From positions 640,001 through 704,000 of the forward strand of contig CAWIKF010000001.1 of NCBI GenBank assembly GCA_963836755.1: a stretch of 64,000 bases of DNA, written 5' to 3'. Source of the stretch: an uncultured Verrucomicrobiae bacterium. Its GTDB lineage: Bacteria > Verrucomicrobiota > Verrucomicrobiia > Chthoniobacterales > Chthoniobacteraceae. Below the pieces are notes generated by a model that was not told where the DNA came from, ran no database searches, and worked only from the letters and a program-made list of their open reading frames with translations. The position numbers and the translations under genes are program-made. Position 1 is the first letter of the stretch. Every line of letters starts with the position of its first letter. Positions 28,583 to 39,846 of the stretch are shown here, one piece after another.

Positions 28583-31345
28583 ATGGCAGTCCCCATGCGC
28601 TCCACTTTTGCTCCGGCTTCAAACGTCGCACTCATCGAAGAAAATTATGCGCGCTGGAAAAGCGACCCCGCGTCCGTCGATCCGGGGTGGGCGGCGTTTT
28701 TCGACGGCTTCGAACTCGGTCTCGTCCATAAATCCAACGGCGCCGCGGCCGCAAAGGACGAAACTTTCAGCGCCGAGACTCCTTTGCAAACGCGCGTCGA
28801 CGGCCTCGTCTACGCGTATCGGACGCTCGGCCACACCATCGCGCGGCTCGATCCGCTGACGGAGGATCGGCCCGAGCAGCCGCTTCTTTCGCTGCGCGAA
28901 TTGGGTTTTAGAGAAAGTGATCTCGACCTTGTCGTGGCGTCAAAGTTTTGGCTCGGCGGGCAGCGCGTCAAACTTCGCGAGATGATTGCGTGGCTCCAAA
29001 AAGTCTACGCCGGCACCGTGGGCGTCGAGTTCATGCACATCCAAAACATCCGCGTGCGGAATTGGGTGCGCGAGCGTGTGGAAGCGCGTCCGGCGGATGC
29101 GGACGTGCCGCGCAAGACGCAGATTTCCTATCTGCGCGAGCTGCTCGAGGCAGAAAGTTTCGAGAACTTTTTGCACACGAAATACGTCGGGCAGAAACGG
29201 TTTTCGCTCGAGGGCGCGGAGTCGCTCATGGTCTCACTGCAAGCCGTCTACGACAAATGTATAACAAACGGTGTGCGCGAGATCGTGATGGGCATGGCGC
29301 ACCGCGGCCGGCTCAACGTGCTTGCAAACTTTCTCTGCAAATCGCTTACCACGCTCTTCGCGGAGTTCTCGGAAAACTTTGTTCCCAATCTCGTCGCGGG
29401 CGATGGCGACGTGAAATATCACCTCGGTTATGTGACCGAACGCACAGCGCCCGACGGGACAAAACTCGGCATCCGCCTCGCGTCAAACCCGAGCCATCTC
29501 GAAGCTGTGAATTCCGTCGTCGAAGGCATGGCGCGCGCGCGGCAGCGCATTTTGAAAGATACCGAGGAACGCAAAACCGTGCTGCCATTGCTTATTCATG
29601 GCGACGCCGCTTTCGCCGGCCAGGGCACTGTCGCCGAAGTGTTAAACATGTCGCAACTGCCCGGCTACAAGACCGGCGGCACCGTCCACGTCATCGTCAA
29701 CAACCAGATCGGATTCACCACGTTGCCCGCCGACGCGCGCTCATCGAGCTATGCGACCGACGTCGCGAAAATGATCGAGGCGCCGATCCTTCACGTGAAC
29801 GGCGACGACCCGCTGGCCGTCGCATGGGTCACGCAAATCGCGTTTGATTTTCGGCAGCAATTCCATCGCGACATCGTTGTCGACATGTATTGCTACCGCC
29901 GCCACGGGCACAACGAAGGCGACGAGCCGCTTTTTACGCAACCGTCGCTTTACGCCGAAATTGAGACGCATCCGTCGGTGGCAACGTTGTTTAAAAAACG
30001 ATTGATCGAGACCGGCGTGCTCGACGACGAAGGTGCGGAACAACTGGAACAGGAATTCGAGACCCGCCTCGACGCTGCGTTGAAAGAAGTGAAACAAGCG
30101 GAGCAGCAAAAGCCGGAGGAAAAAAACTCCAGCTATCACGAATCGAGCGCAATCTTCCAGCCGCCGTATTCGCATGCGCCGGTTGAAACCGCGGTCACCA
30201 AAGAATGCATCGAGCAGATCGTAAAAGCGCTCACCAGCGTGCCCGAGAATTTCAACGTGTTGCCGAAAGTCAAACGGATGTTGCTGGACCGGCGCGCGCA
30301 GATTTTGAAAAACGGCGGCCCATTCGACTGGGCTTATGCGGAGGCGCTGGCATTCGGGTCGTTGCTCACAGAAGGTGTGCCGGTGCGGCTCAGCGGGCAG
30401 GACAGCCGCCGCGGAACTTTCAGCCAGCGGCATTCCGTGCTCTACGATGCGGAAACGCGCGAGCGGCACATTCCGCTGCTGCACATTGCTCCCGATCAGG
30501 CGCGTTTTTGCGTGTATAACAGTTTGTTATCGGAAGCCGCGGTGCTCGGTTTTGACTACGGCTACTCGCTAGATTTTCCAGAGATGCTCTGTCTCTGGGA
30601 AGCGCAGTTTGGCGACTTTGCGAATGGCGCGCAGGTCATTATCGACCAGTTCATCATCAGCGCGGAATCGAAATGGCAGCGGCCCAGCGGCATCGTCATG
30701 CTGCTCCCTCACGGTTACGAAGGCCAAGGGCCCGAGCATTCCAGCGCGCGGCTCGAACGCTTTCTCCAGCTTTGCGCCGAGGACAACATTCAGGTCTGCA
30801 ACGTCACCACGCCCGCGCAATATTTTCACGTGTTGCGCCGGCAGATGAAACGCAATTTCCGCAAGCCGCTCGTCATCATGACGCCGAAAAGTTTGCTACG
30901 GCTCGACAAGTGCGTTTCGACGCTCGACGATTTTACCAGCGGTCATTTCGTGGAGGTTCTTCCCGCGCCGCTGCTGGCGGCCGCCGAGGAAATCGATCGC
31001 GTGATTTTTTGCAGCGGAAAAGTGTATTACGATTTGTTAAACTATCGCGAGGCGAACCAGCGCACGCGCACCGCGATCCTGCGGCTCGAGCAGCTTTATC
31101 CACTGGACGAGACCGCGCTGCGCGAAATGCTCGCCGCGTTTCCGAACGCGGAAAAATATGTCTGGTGCCAGGAGGAATCGCAGAACATGGGCGCGTGGAG
31201 TTACATCAACTTCATCCTTCGCAAAATGTTCGACCGGCCCATCTGGTATGCCGGCCGCAACGCTAGCTCCAGCCCCGCCGTCGGCTCGCTCGCGATCCAC
31301 AAGCGCGAGCAAAAGTTAATAGTTGAAGACGCTTTCAACCTCTAG
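28583..31345 (+). CDS. sucA: 2-oxoglutarate dehydrogenase E1
   Basis: KRFSLEG, GMAHRGRLN, HGDAAFAGQG, WEAQFGDF, GPEHSSAR. Confidence 0.97.
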   Translation: MAVPMRSTFAPASNVALIEENYARWKSDPASVDPGWAAFFDGFELGLVHKSNGAAAAKDETFSAETPLQTRVDGLVYAYRTLGHTIARLDPLTEDRPEQPLLSLRELGFRESDLDLVVASKFWLGGQRVKLREMIAWLQKVYAGTVGVEFMHIQNIRVRNWVRERVEARPADADVPRKTQISYLRELLEAESFENFLHTKYVGQKRFSLEGAESLMVSLQAVYDKCITNGVREIVMGMAHRGRLNVLANFLCKSLTTLFAEFSENFVPNLVAGDGDVKYHLGYVTERTAPDGTKLGIRLASNPSHLEAVNSVVEGMARARQRILKDTEERKTVLPLLIHGDAAFAGQGTVAEVLNMSQLPGYKTGGTVHVIVNNQIGFTTLPADARSSSYATDVAKMIEAPILHVNGDDPLAVAWVTQIAFDFRQQFHRDIVVDMYCYRRHGHNEGDEPLFTQPSLYAEIETHPSVATLFKKRLIETGVLDDEGAEQLEQEFETRLDAALKEVKQAEQQKPEEKNSSYHESSAIFQPPYSHAPVETAVTKECIEQIVKALTSVPENFNVLPKVKRMLLDRRAQILKNGGPFDWAYAEALAFGSLLTEGVPVRLSGQDSRRGTFSQRHSVLYDAETRERHIPLLHIAPDQARFCVYNSLLSEAAVLGFDYGYSLDFPEMLCLWEAQFGDFANGAQVIIDQFIISAESKWQRPSGIVMLLPHGYEGQGPEHSSARLERFLQLCAEDNIQVCNVTTPAQYFHVLRRQMKRNFRKPLVIMTPKSLLRLDKCVSTLDDFTSGHFVEVLPAPLLAAAEEIDRVIFCSGKVYYDLLNYREANQRTRTAILRLEQLYPLDETALREMLAAFPNAEKYVWCQEESQNMGAWSYINFILRKMFDRPIWYAGRNASSSPAVGSLAIHKREQKLIVEDAFNL

Positions 31346-31357
31346 CAGAACAGGCTC

Positions 31358-32491
31358 ATGAGCGACGTAAAAATCCCCGCGGTCGGCGAGTCCATCACCA
31401 GCGGACTCATCTCGACGTGGCATAAAAAAGATGGCGACCATGTCGATGCGGGTGACGTTTTGCTCACGCTGGAGACCGACAAAGTTTCCACCGAAATCAC
31501 TGCGGAAACCGCCGGCACGTTGAAGATAAAAGTGCCCGAGGGGCAGGAGGTAAAAATCGGCGAAGTCGTCGCCAGCATCGAGGCCGGCGCCGCTGCTCCG
31601 ACGAAAAAGAAGGAGAAAAAACAGCCTGAAGTTTTGCCCCCAAAACCGACCGGTCGTGTAGAAACGCCGACGCATTCCGAAGCGCCTGTCGTCGAAAAAG
31701 AAGCCGCGCCGGCCGCCAAGCCCGTCGCCGCGGCGCCCGTGGAAAAAGTCTCAGCCGTTGCCGAAAAAGAAGCCGCGCCCGCGGCAGCAGACGGCCGCTT
31801 CATGCGTAAAAAACTTTCGCCTTTGCGCCGCAAGATTGCCGCGCAGCTGGTGATGGCGCAGCAGAACGCGGCAATTTTAACTACATTTAACGAATGTGAT
31901 ATGTCTGGCGTGATGAGCCTGCGCGCGCGGATGCAGGAAAGTTTTCAGAAAGAGCATGGCATCAAGCTGGGATTCATGTCGTTTTTCATCAAGGCGGTCG
32001 TGGCCGCGTTGAAGGTCGTGCCGGGAATCAATGCGCGCATGGAAGGCGATGACCTGATCGTTAATCATTATTTTGACATCGGCGTCGCGGTTGGCACCGA
32101 GCGCGGACTTGTGGTGCCGGTGGTTCGCGATGCGGATCAAAAATCATTCGCGCAGATCGAGCAGGAGTTGCTCAATTACGCGGCGAAGGCGCGAGAGGGA
32201 AAAATCAAAATCGAAGATTTGCAGGGCGGCGTTTTCACGATTTCAAACGGCGGCGTTTACGGTTCGCTTTTGAGCACGCCGATTCTTAATCCGCCGCAGA
32301 GCGGCATTCTCGGGATGCATAAAATCCAGGAACGTCCGGTCGTGGTGAACAAGGAAATCGCGATCCGGCCGATGATGTTTACCGCTCTCAGCTACGATCA
32401 TCGCGTGGTGGACGGCAAAGAAGCGGTGACGTTTCTCGTGCGGGTGAAAGAGTGCATCGAGGAGCCAGCGCGGCTGCTGCTCGACATCTAA
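31358..32491 (+). CDS. sucB: Dihydrolipoyl succinyltransferase E2
   Basis: Lipoyl ETDKV; catalytic DHRVVDG. Confidence 0.95.
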   Translation: MSDVKIPAVGESITSGLISTWHKKDGDHVDAGDVLLTLETDKVSTEITAETAGTLKIKVPEGQEVKIGEVVASIEAGAAAPTKKKEKKQPEVLPPKPTGRVETPTHSEAPVVEKEAAPAAKPVAAAPVEKVSAVAEKEAAPAAADGRFMRKKLSPLRRKIAAQLVMAQQNAAILTTFNECDMSGVMSLRARMQESFQKEHGIKLGFMSFFIKAVVAALKVVPGINARMEGDDLIVNHYFDIGVAVGTERGLVVPVVRDADQKSFAQIEQELLNYAAKAREGKIKIEDLQGGVFTISNGGVYGSLLSTPILNPPQSGILGMHKIQERPVVVNKEIAIRPMMFTALSYDHRVVDGKEAVTFLVRVKECIEEPARLLLDI

Positions 32492-33738
32492 TCCGCTGTC
32501 TGCGGCAAACTTTCTCCGGGCGCGACGAGGCGAAAAAGAGCGACGAAGATCGCGAGACCCAGCGGCAGGGAAAGCGGCAACGCGAGGTGATAGCTCGCAA
32601 AGATCACGAGCCCGATCGTGAGGTAAATCACCATGGAAAGCGCGGCGATTGGGATCGCGGACTGCCGCGGTCGCCGGTAGAGAAACCAGCTCAGCAGCAT
32701 CATCGCCGCGACGATGACTCCATCAAACCAGAAGCCGATGCGGCGGATGAAAGCATTACTTTGCACTGTGGCGATCGCAGCGGCGGCGAGCTCGCCGGAG
32801 GAACCGCGGCGGCCGATGGGAAAATGGTAAATGCGCGATGCGTCGTCGGTGCGAGCCAGGATGACGAGCTTGCCGGCGAGGACTTCCGGCTGGATGACCG
32901 GTGGGAGTTTCGCCTCGATTTGCTCGGTCGCCAGCAGCAGATCTTCGAATCCGACGCGCGTGAAAGGCGCACGGAAATCGACGAGCATCGAGCCAGAAGA
33001 ATCAATCGGAATGGTAACTTTGTCGCCGAGCGCAATCTTATTTCCGAAATCCACTTTCACGTCATCGACGGTCAGTTTGAACCAGAGCATCAATGTCTGT
33101 AAAACAAACGACGGCACGATCTGCCCGTCGTAAGAAAAGACGAGAGGCGCGTGTCGCAGCGGCTCGCGGACGACTGGGACATTCGTGAAACCGAGCGTCG
33201 AGGAGAGGCGCAGTTCTTCTTTCGGCTCGCGCTCGATCGCGGTGAAAGAAGGAACGTCGCGCGCGCTGCCGCTGAGTTTGCGGAGCACCGGAACCGGCTG
33301 CGGAGGCGGCACCACGTCTGGATCTTCGGGAAATCCTAGCTCTGCGCCGAGCACGATTTTTGGCGCGAGCAAAATGCGTTCATGCAGGATTTTTTCGAAC
33401 TGCGGATATTTGAGCTGGGCGTCCGCATTCAATTTTTCCGGGTCCCATTCCGGCACCGGTTCGATGCCGATCGCTTCCGGATGAAACTTCAAGGCGTCAT
33501 CGAGGAAGAGCGCAAAATCGAGCGGCGACCACGGCCACGGATGCTGGCTGCCCATGCTGCTGTTGTTGATTTCCACGAGCACGAGCGTCGCCAAGGTGTC
33601 GGCGTGCGCGCTGTTCGCCGAAAGCCAGCCGATGAAATTTTCGTCGTAATCCAGCAGCGGCGATTCGTTCGCTTCGCGCATCAGCACGAGGCCGACCAGC
33701 AGCACTAGGAGCATGAGCTGTGGCGCGGAGCGATGCAT
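32488..33738 (-). CDS. CHASE2-domain membrane protein without cytoplasmic output domain
   Basis: [29 protein letters not shown], three C-terminal TMs. Confidence 0.7.
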   Translation of the reverse strand: MHRSAPQLMLLVLLVGLVLMREANESPLLDYDENFIGWLSANSAHADTLATLVLVEINNSSMGSQHPWPWSPLDFALFLDDALKFHPEAIGIEPVPEWDPEKLNADAQLKYPQFEKILHERILLAPKIVLGAELGFPEDPDVVPPPQPVPVLRKLSGSARDVPSFTAIEREPKEELRLSSTLGFTNVPVVREPLRHAPLVFSYDGQIVPSFVLQTLMLWFKLTVDDVKVDFGNKIALGDKVTIPIDSSGSMLVDFRAPFTRVGFEDLLLATEQIEAKLPPVIQPEVLAGKLVILARTDDASRIYHFPIGRRGSSGELAAAAIATVQSNAFIRRIGFWFDGVIVAAMMLLSWFLYRRPRQSAIPIAALSMVIYLTIGLVIFASYHLALPLSLPLGLAIFVALFRLVAPGESLPQTAD

Positions 33739-33886
33739 TTGCGCGCGAGTTAAGGGCAAAGCGCCGGAAACTCAAATCGCAAAATTAAAGAGCGCGAGCT
33801 TTGCGCGAACGACGCGGTTTCGCGCGAAGGCGCATTGCGATTTGAGCGAAATACGGTGCGGGCTGTCAGACGTTATTCTTACAGAA

Positions 33887-35017
33887 ATGAACCGCATCGC
33901 TTTCGCATTCACCTTCGTTTTTCTATTTCACTTCGGCGCCTTCGCGCAGACCGATCCGGCCAGTGAGCCGTCGGTCATCGCGGTCGGAAAAGTTTGGCCG
34001 GCGGTGGTGAACATCAACACCGAGCGGATTATTAAGCGCGTTTACGCCGATCCCTACGACCAACTTTTTAACCAATTTTTCGGCCGCCAGGTCGTGCCGG
34101 AACGGCAGCTGCAGCAAAAAGTGCAAAGCCTCGGAAGCGGCTTCATTGTTGACCCGGCGGGCTACATCGTGACGAACGAGCATGTCGTCGAGCGCGCGGA
34201 AGATTTAAAAATTCACGTCACCACGAGCGATGGAAAAACTTACGAAGGCAAATATGTGTCCGGCGATCCCGCGCGCGACATTGCCTTCATCAAGATCTCC
34301 GGGCCGAAGCCGTTCGCGTTTATCTCACTCCAGGATCTTTCGCCGAGCCTGCTCGGCCAATCGGTCCTCGCGGTCGGCAATCCGCTCGGCTACGGACTCT
34401 CCGTCAGCCGCGGGATTTTGAGCGCGCTCAACCGCGCCGTCACGCTCGACCAAGTCGTTTACAAGGATTTGATCCAGACGGACGCGGCGATCAACCCCGG
34501 AAATTCGGGCGGGCCGCTGATCGATCTCAACGGCAAGCTCGTCGGCGTAAATTCCGTCAAAATGGCCTACACTCCGCAGGGCGTGCCGACGCAGGGAATC
34601 GGTTTCGCGATCCCGTCGAGTCTCGTGCGCGACGAAGTAAAACAATTCATGGAGGCGGAAAAAAATCCCGCCGCGAAGCGCAAGCTCCAGATGGCGCAGT
34701 CGCCCGCTCGCCGGCTTTTCGGTTTGCAGCTGCAGGATCTGAGCGACGAACTCGCCTCGGCTTTTGGCTACGACGGCGGTGCCGGCGTGCTCATTTCGGA
34801 CGTCGAAGCGGCGAGCCCGGCGGAGCAGGTCGGGATGAAGCGCGGCATGGTGATTTATAAAATCGGACGATTCTCGGTGAGCTCCGCGAAGGAGGCAGAT
34901 TCAGTGCTGGCCCAGGCGGCAAGCGGCTCGCAGGCGGATTTCCTTGTGGGTTCGCCGCGGCGTGTGCGCGGGCATTTGGTGCAGCAGGCGCAGACCGTTT
35001 CGCTTACGGCCCGTTAA
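33887..35017 (+). CDS. HtrA/DegP-like serine protease with one PDZ domain
   Basis: SLGSGFI, TNEHVV, QTDAAINPGNSGGPL; signal peptide. Confidence 0.92.
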   Translation: MNRIAFAFTFVFLFHFGAFAQTDPASEPSVIAVGKVWPAVVNINTERIIKRVYADPYDQLFNQFFGRQVVPERQLQQKVQSLGSGFIVDPAGYIVTNEHVVERAEDLKIHVTTSDGKTYEGKYVSGDPARDIAFIKISGPKPFAFISLQDLSPSLLGQSVLAVGNPLGYGLSVSRGILSALNRAVTLDQVVYKDLIQTDAAINPGNSGGPLIDLNGKLVGVNSVKMAYTPQGVPTQGIGFAIPSSLVRDEVKQFMEAEKNPAAKRKLQMAQSPARRLFGLQLQDLSDELASAFGYDGGAGVLISDVEAASPAEQVGMKRGMVIYKIGRFSVSSAKEADSVLAQAASGSQADFLVGSPRRVRGHLVQQAQTVSLTAR

Positions 35018-35028
35018 CGTGGCGTTAG

Positions 35029-36180
35029 CTAAGCGTAAAAGCTGGCGATTGTTTGCACAACGTATCGCAGCTGATCTTCTGTGAGTTCGGGAAAAATCGG
35101 CAGCGCCGTAGTTTCACGCGCCGCGCGCTCCGCCTCTGGGAAATCTCCCTCGCGATAGCCGAGATAAGCGAAGCACTTTTGCAAGTGCAGCGGGACGGGA
35201 TAGTAAATCGCGTGTCCGATCTGGTGCTCCGTGAGATGCGCGCACAATTCGTCGCGACGCGCCGCGCGAATGACGAACTGGTTGTAAATATGATGGTTTG
35301 GGTTTGCGCATCCGGCGAACGGCTCGAGCGGCAGCGTCAACTTTGACTCCAGTCCGGCGCGCGCAAATTCCTCGCGGTAAAATTTCGCGTTTGCGCGGCG
35401 CGCGGCCGACCAGCCGTCGAGATGCGGGAGCTTCAAATTCAGCACCGCAGCTTGCAGCGCATCGATGCGGAAATTGCCACCGATCATCTGGTGATAGTAG
35501 CGATCTTCCATACCGTGATTGCGCAACGCGCGCATTTTCACCGCCATTTTCTCATCGCGACATACGACCATTCCTGCGTCGCCGAATGCGCCAAGATTTT
35601 TCGACGGAAAAAAAGAATAGTATCCGAACTCGCCAATCGCCCCGCAATGTCGGACGCCTTGCGCGGAGGGATAAATCGCGCCGAGAGCCTGCGCGGCATC
35701 CTCGATAACCGGCACGTCGAATTCGGCTGCAAGCGAAACGATTTCGTCCATCGCGCTGCTCAGGCCGTAAAGATGCACGGGCATGATCGCCTTGATTTTT
35801 TCGTCCTGATTTTTTTCGAGACAAGCGCGCAGCGCGGGAGCGGAAATGTTGTAAGTAGCGGGATCGATATCGACGAAGATCGGCTTGGCGCCTACGCGGG
35901 CGATGCCTCCGGCAGTTGCAAAAAAAGTGTAAGGCGTCGTGACGACCGCGTCGCCCGGCCCGATGCCGAGCGCCATTAAAATCACCAGCAGCGCATCGCT
36001 GCCGGAGGAAACACCGATCGCGTGGCCGGCGTCGACGTAACCGCAAACCGCCCGCTCAAACGCCTCCACTTTCGGACCGAGGATGAAATGCTGGCTCTCG
36101 ATGATCTCATCGATTTCCGCGCGAATCTGCGGACGAAGTTTCGCGTATTGCAGCTTGAGGTCGAGCAGAGGGACTTGCAT
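35029..36180 (-). CDS. DegT/DnrJ/EryC1/StrS aminotransferase
   Basis: PVHLYG, IEDAAQA, SFFPSKNLG. Confidence 0.92.
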   Translation of the reverse strand: MQVPLLDLKLQYAKLRPQIRAEIDEIIESQHFILGPKVEAFERAVCGYVDAGHAIGVSSGSDALLVILMALGIGPGDAVVTTPYTFFATAGGIARVGAKPIFVDIDPATYNISAPALRACLEKNQDEKIKAIMPVHLYGLSSAMDEIVSLAAEFDVPVIEDAAQALGAIYPSAQGVRHCGAIGEFGYYSFFPSKNLGAFGDAGMVVCRDEKMAVKMRALRNHGMEDRYYHQMIGGNFRIDALQAAVLNLKLPHLDGWSAARRANAKFYREEFARAGLESKLTLPLEPFAGCANPNHHIYNQFVIRAARRDELCAHLTEHQIGHAIYYPVPLHLQKCFAYLGYREGDFPEAERAARETTALPIFPELTEDQLRYVVQTIASFYA

Positions 36181-36335
36181 GAGCCGTTCATCATGAGTTG
36201 CGCCGGGGGCGAGCATCAAATGCGAATTCCAATTTTTCGATTTTGATCCGCTTGAGGTTTTCGAAAAAAGTTGCCCCGTCATGGCTTGATGCTTTCCCCG
36301 TTGACGCTCGCGAAAGCTGTCCTAAACTCGTCGCG

Positions 36336-36524
36336 ATGATCGCCTTGTTTCGAAAAATTTTTTGGCTGGCGCTATTCGTAGTGTTTACATTCTGTTTTAT
36401 CGTGTTGTTCGAGCACGGGCCGACGAATTTTGTGCAGAACGCGCACGTGGAGGCGGCGCAGTTGCAAAAAATGTTTGGCAAGATCAACCGGCCGAAGGAC
36501 ACGAGCGACAAGATCGGCCAGTAG
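36336..36524 (+). CDS. Small membrane protein
   Basis: MIALFRKIFWLALFVVFTFCFIVLFEHG...; 9 bp before the next gene. Confidence 0.6.
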   Translation: MIALFRKIFWLALFVVFTFCFIVLFEHGPTNFVQNAHVEAAQLQKMFGKINRPKDTSDKIGQ

Positions 36525-36533
36525 CGCGGACGG

Positions 36534-37340
36534 ATGAAAATCATTCGCTACGCGGACTCTGCGGGCGAAGTGCATTACGCGGTGGTGCGGGAGGACGGGA
36601 GCGCGCACCGGGTGATCGGCGATATTTTTGACGAGTTTGAAATCACGTCTGAGGTCGCCGTCGTCCATAAATTGCTCGCGCCTGTCGAGCCGGTGAACAT
36701 CTTGTGCATCGGCCTCAATTATCGGCGGCATGCGATCGAGACGGGTGCGCCGCTGCCGAAGTTCCCAGTCGTGTTTATGAAAAGCACGAGTGCGCTGCAA
36801 AATCCCGGCGATCCGATTTTGCTGCCGTCGCATCTTGCAAGCACGCAAGTCGATTACGAATGCGAACTGGTCGTCATCATCGGCAGCCTTTGCAAAAACG
36901 TCAGCCGCGCCGAAGCGCTCGATTACGTGATCGGCTACACTTGCGGCAACGACGTGAGCGCGCGCGATTGGCAAAAAGATTGGGGCGGCTCGCAATGGTG
37001 CCGCGGCAAAACCTTCGACACGTTCGCGCCGCTCGGGCCATGCCTCGTCACGCCCGATGAGATTGGCGACCCGCATCATTTGAAAATCCAAACCAGCGTC
37101 AATGGCGAGACGATGCAGGACTGGATCACGGACGACATGATTTTCAAGGTGCCGGAGCTGATCGAATTTCTCAGCGGAAGCACGACGCTGCTGCCGGGCA
37201 CCGCGATTTTTACCGGCACGCCGCACGGCGTCGGCATGGCACGCAATCCGCCGCGCTGGCTCAAAGAGGGCGACACGGTCACGGTCGAGATTGAAAAGAT
37301 CGGGCGATTAATCAACCCGGTGCAAAGCGAGCGCAGCTAG
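36534..37340 (+). CDS. Fumarylacetoacetate hydrolase family protein
   Basis: CIGLNY, DYECEL, NDVSARD, GKTFDTF, TGTP.GVG. Confidence 0.93.
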   Translation: MKIIRYADSAGEVHYAVVREDGSAHRVIGDIFDEFEITSEVAVVHKLLAPVEPVNILCIGLNYRRHAIETGAPLPKFPVVFMKSTSALQNPGDPILLPSHLASTQVDYECELVVIIGSLCKNVSRAEALDYVIGYTCGNDVSARDWQKDWGGSQWCRGKTFDTFAPLGPCLVTPDEIGDPHHLKIQTSVNGETMQDWITDDMIFKVPELIEFLSGSTTLLPGTAIFTGTPHGVGMARNPPRWLKEGDTVTVEIEKIGRLINPVQSERS

Positions 37341-37402
37341 ATCTCGTGAAGCATAACGCCCGAAGTTGTTCCTAAGGTAAAAGCAGACTAGCTTGCGTGC
37401 AG

Positions 37403-37870
37403 ATGGCAACGAGCGAGAAAGTTTTGCCGCCACTGGTTGTGTTTCGCGTGGATGACGAAAAGTGGGCCGTGCCTGTTTCGGAGATTGAGCGAGTGGTGCG
37501 CGCGGTCGAGATCGCTCCATGCCCTGACGCGCCAGCTGCGGTGCTCGGGTCAATCAATGTGCACGGAGATGTGCTGGCTGTTTTTGACCTGCGTCTCCGC
37601 ATAGGAAAGGTGTCGCGCGAGATCACCTTGAGCGACTGCTTTCTGATAGCTCACGCAGGCCAGCGGCGAATCGCGCTTGTTGCCGACGAGATCATTGGCG
37701 TGTTGGAACCCGATGACTCGTCATCCATTTCCTCCAAAGCTCTTTTGCCGGAAACATCGCCCTTTGACCGCGTGTGCAAGCGTGTCGGCGAGATCGTGAT
37801 CATCTACGATTTGGAACGGTTGCTATCAGAGGGGGAAGAGTCGCTACTGGCGACAGTCCTGGCTTCATGA
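37403..37870 (+). CDS. cheW: CheW coupling protein
   Basis: LVVFRV, GSINVHG..V.DL, ALVADEI. Confidence 0.85.
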   Translation: MATSEKVLPPLVVFRVDDEKWAVPVSEIERVVRAVEIAPCPDAPAAVLGSINVHGDVLAVFDLRLRIGKVSREITLSDCFLIAHAGQRRIALVADEIIGVLEPDDSSSISSKALLPETSPFDRVCKRVGEIVIIYDLERLLSEGEESLLATVLAS

Positions 37871-39207
37871 CCGCCTCGATTTCGGATCTCTGCTGGCAAA
37901 GTCTGAGCGACGCAGTCGCGGCGCAAATGGGATTACACTTTGCGAAGGAACGCTGGCCGGACCTAAAACGCGCCATTGAATCGGCCAGCGAGGAACTTGG
38001 TTTCAAAGACGCTCGTGAAGCAGTTGATGCATTTCTTGCCAACCCATTCGCTCGTGAGACAGTCGATGTTCTCGCGAAACATTTGACCATTGGCGAAACC
38101 TACTTTTTTCGAGACCCGACACTATTTGAAGTCCTCGAGCAAAAGATTTTTCCAGCGCTCATTCAATCGCGCCGCACGGATCGTCGGCTCCGCATATGGA
38201 GCGCGGGCTGCTGCTCGGGCGAAGAACCTTATTCCGTGGCGATCCTTCTCTCAAAGTTGTTGCCTGATATCGACGATTGGGAAATCACGATCCTTGCCAC
38301 AGACATCAGCTCTCATTTTTTACGAAAGGCAACGGCGGCGACTTATACAAAATGGTCGTTTCGCGGAAAGTCGCATTCGCGAAAGGAAAGCTATTTTACA
38401 CGGACAGATTCAGGTCGATTCAAGCTTTTGCCAAAGTATCAAAAGCTGGTCAGCTTTGCCTTCTCGAATCTGGTTCAAGATGACTATCCCTCTAGGCTCA
38501 ATAACACGGATGAGATGGACGTGATTCTCTGCCGAAATGTGCTGATGTATTTCTTGCCGGCGCAAGCAGAGAAAGTCATCACGAAGCTTCGCCAATCGCT
38601 AGCTCCAGGGGGATGGCTGATCTCGAGTGCCGCGGAAGCAGGACCCAGGTTTAATTCCCTGACCTCCGTAAGCTTCCCCGGCTGCACTCTTTACCGAAAG
38701 GATGTGGATCAACCAAAAGACAAACCTGCTGCGCCGCTGATACTACTAACTTCCACGCCAGAACCAGTGCCCAACACCAACGGCAAGAAGCATGTCGCAA
38801 AAACCGTAAGTGCCAAACTCGACGTCGACTTGGGATATCTGGCAAAGGTCAAAGCCGATCAGGGCAACTATCGCGAGGCGCTCGCAATGGTTGAGGAGGC
38901 TTTGCGTCGCGATAGGTCGAACTTGGGGCTTCACTATTTGAAAGGCTCGATTCTGCAGGAGCAGAACGACCTGGATAATGCGGTAAGATCTTTTCAGCGC
39001 GTTCTCCATCTCGACGAAGACTTCGTGATGGCCTATTTTTCGTTGGGAACCATCATGCGAAAAATTGGGCGCACGGCAGAACAAGCAAAATACTTCAAAA
39101 CAGCTCTTTGCATCTTGAAGAACATCCCGGGAGAATCAGTAGTTGCTGAGTCCTCCGGAATGTCTGCCAAGGCTTTGTCGCAGATTATCGAAGCTGCCGC
39201 CGGTTAA
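37867..39207 (+). CDS. cheR: CheR methyltransferase with C-terminal TPR (WspC-like)
   Basis: IGETYFFRD, WSAGCCSGEEPYS, CRNVLMYF, TPR tail. Confidence 0.92.
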   Translation: MTASISDLCWQSLSDAVAAQMGLHFAKERWPDLKRAIESASEELGFKDAREAVDAFLANPFARETVDVLAKHLTIGETYFFRDPTLFEVLEQKIFPALIQSRRTDRRLRIWSAGCCSGEEPYSVAILLSKLLPDIDDWEITILATDISSHFLRKATAATYTKWSFRGKSHSRKESYFTRTDSGRFKLLPKYQKLVSFAFSNLVQDDYPSRLNNTDEMDVILCRNVLMYFLPAQAEKVITKLRQSLAPGGWLISSAAEAGPRFNSLTSVSFPGCTLYRKDVDQPKDKPAAPLILLTSTPEPVPNTNGKKHVAKTVSAKLDVDLGYLAKVKADQGNYREALAMVEEALRRDRSNLGLHYLKGSILQEQNDLDNAVRSFQRVLHLDEDFVMAYFSLGTIMRKIGRTAEQAKYFKTALCILKNIPGESVVAESSGMSAKALSQIIEAAAG

Positions 39208-39216
39208 GTCTTCTTG

Positions 39217-39846
39217 ATGAATCGCGACATCGATGTATGGGCAAAGCTGCGGAACCGCGTCGACCTGATGCGGGAAGCGTTTCAAGAAAGTTTGACGCCA
39301 TCTCCCGAAAAGCAGCAGGCGATACTGCATGAGCGCGCAGTAGCGCTTGCGAGTGAAGACGAGCCGGAGAAAATGGAGGATGAGCTGGACTTGCTCCTTT
39401 TTTCGCTGGGCTTTGAAACCTATGGCATCGAGACAACCTACCTTGGCGAAGTATTCACCCTCGATGACTTTACCTGGGTGCCGGGAGCTCCCGCTTTCAT
39501 CGCTGGTATTGCCAATCTTCGCGGAACAATGCTGACTTTATTAGATCTAAAACCATTCATAGGTCTACAGGCAACCGGAATCACCGACACCAATCAGGTG
39601 ATCACTGTTCGGGATAATCGGATTCAGATAGGATTGCTGGCAGACAAAATCTTCGGAATCGATCGCGTGAAGGCCTCGGAACTTCAAACTTCGCCTCCTA
39701 CGTTGACCCGACAGGACGCGGACTATTCAAAAGGAGTGACGCAGAGCGGCTTGGTTGTGCTGGATATGCGAAAGCTTTTGCGGCACGATAGGCTTGTGGT
39801 CGATCAAATGCATCCACGCATGCGAAGTAACATTACCGACTTATGA
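39217..39846 (+). CDS. cheW: CheW protein (WspD-like)
   Basis: [23 protein letters not shown]. Confidence 0.85.
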   Translation: MNRDIDVWAKLRNRVDLMREAFQESLTPSPEKQQAILHERAVALASEDEPEKMEDELDLLLFSLGFETYGIETTYLGEVFTLDDFTWVPGAPAFIAGIANLRGTMLTLLDLKPFIGLQATGITDTNQVITVRDNRIQIGLLADKIFGIDRVKASELQTSPPTLTRQDADYSKGVTQSGLVVLDMRKLLRHDRLVVDQMHPRMRSNITDL

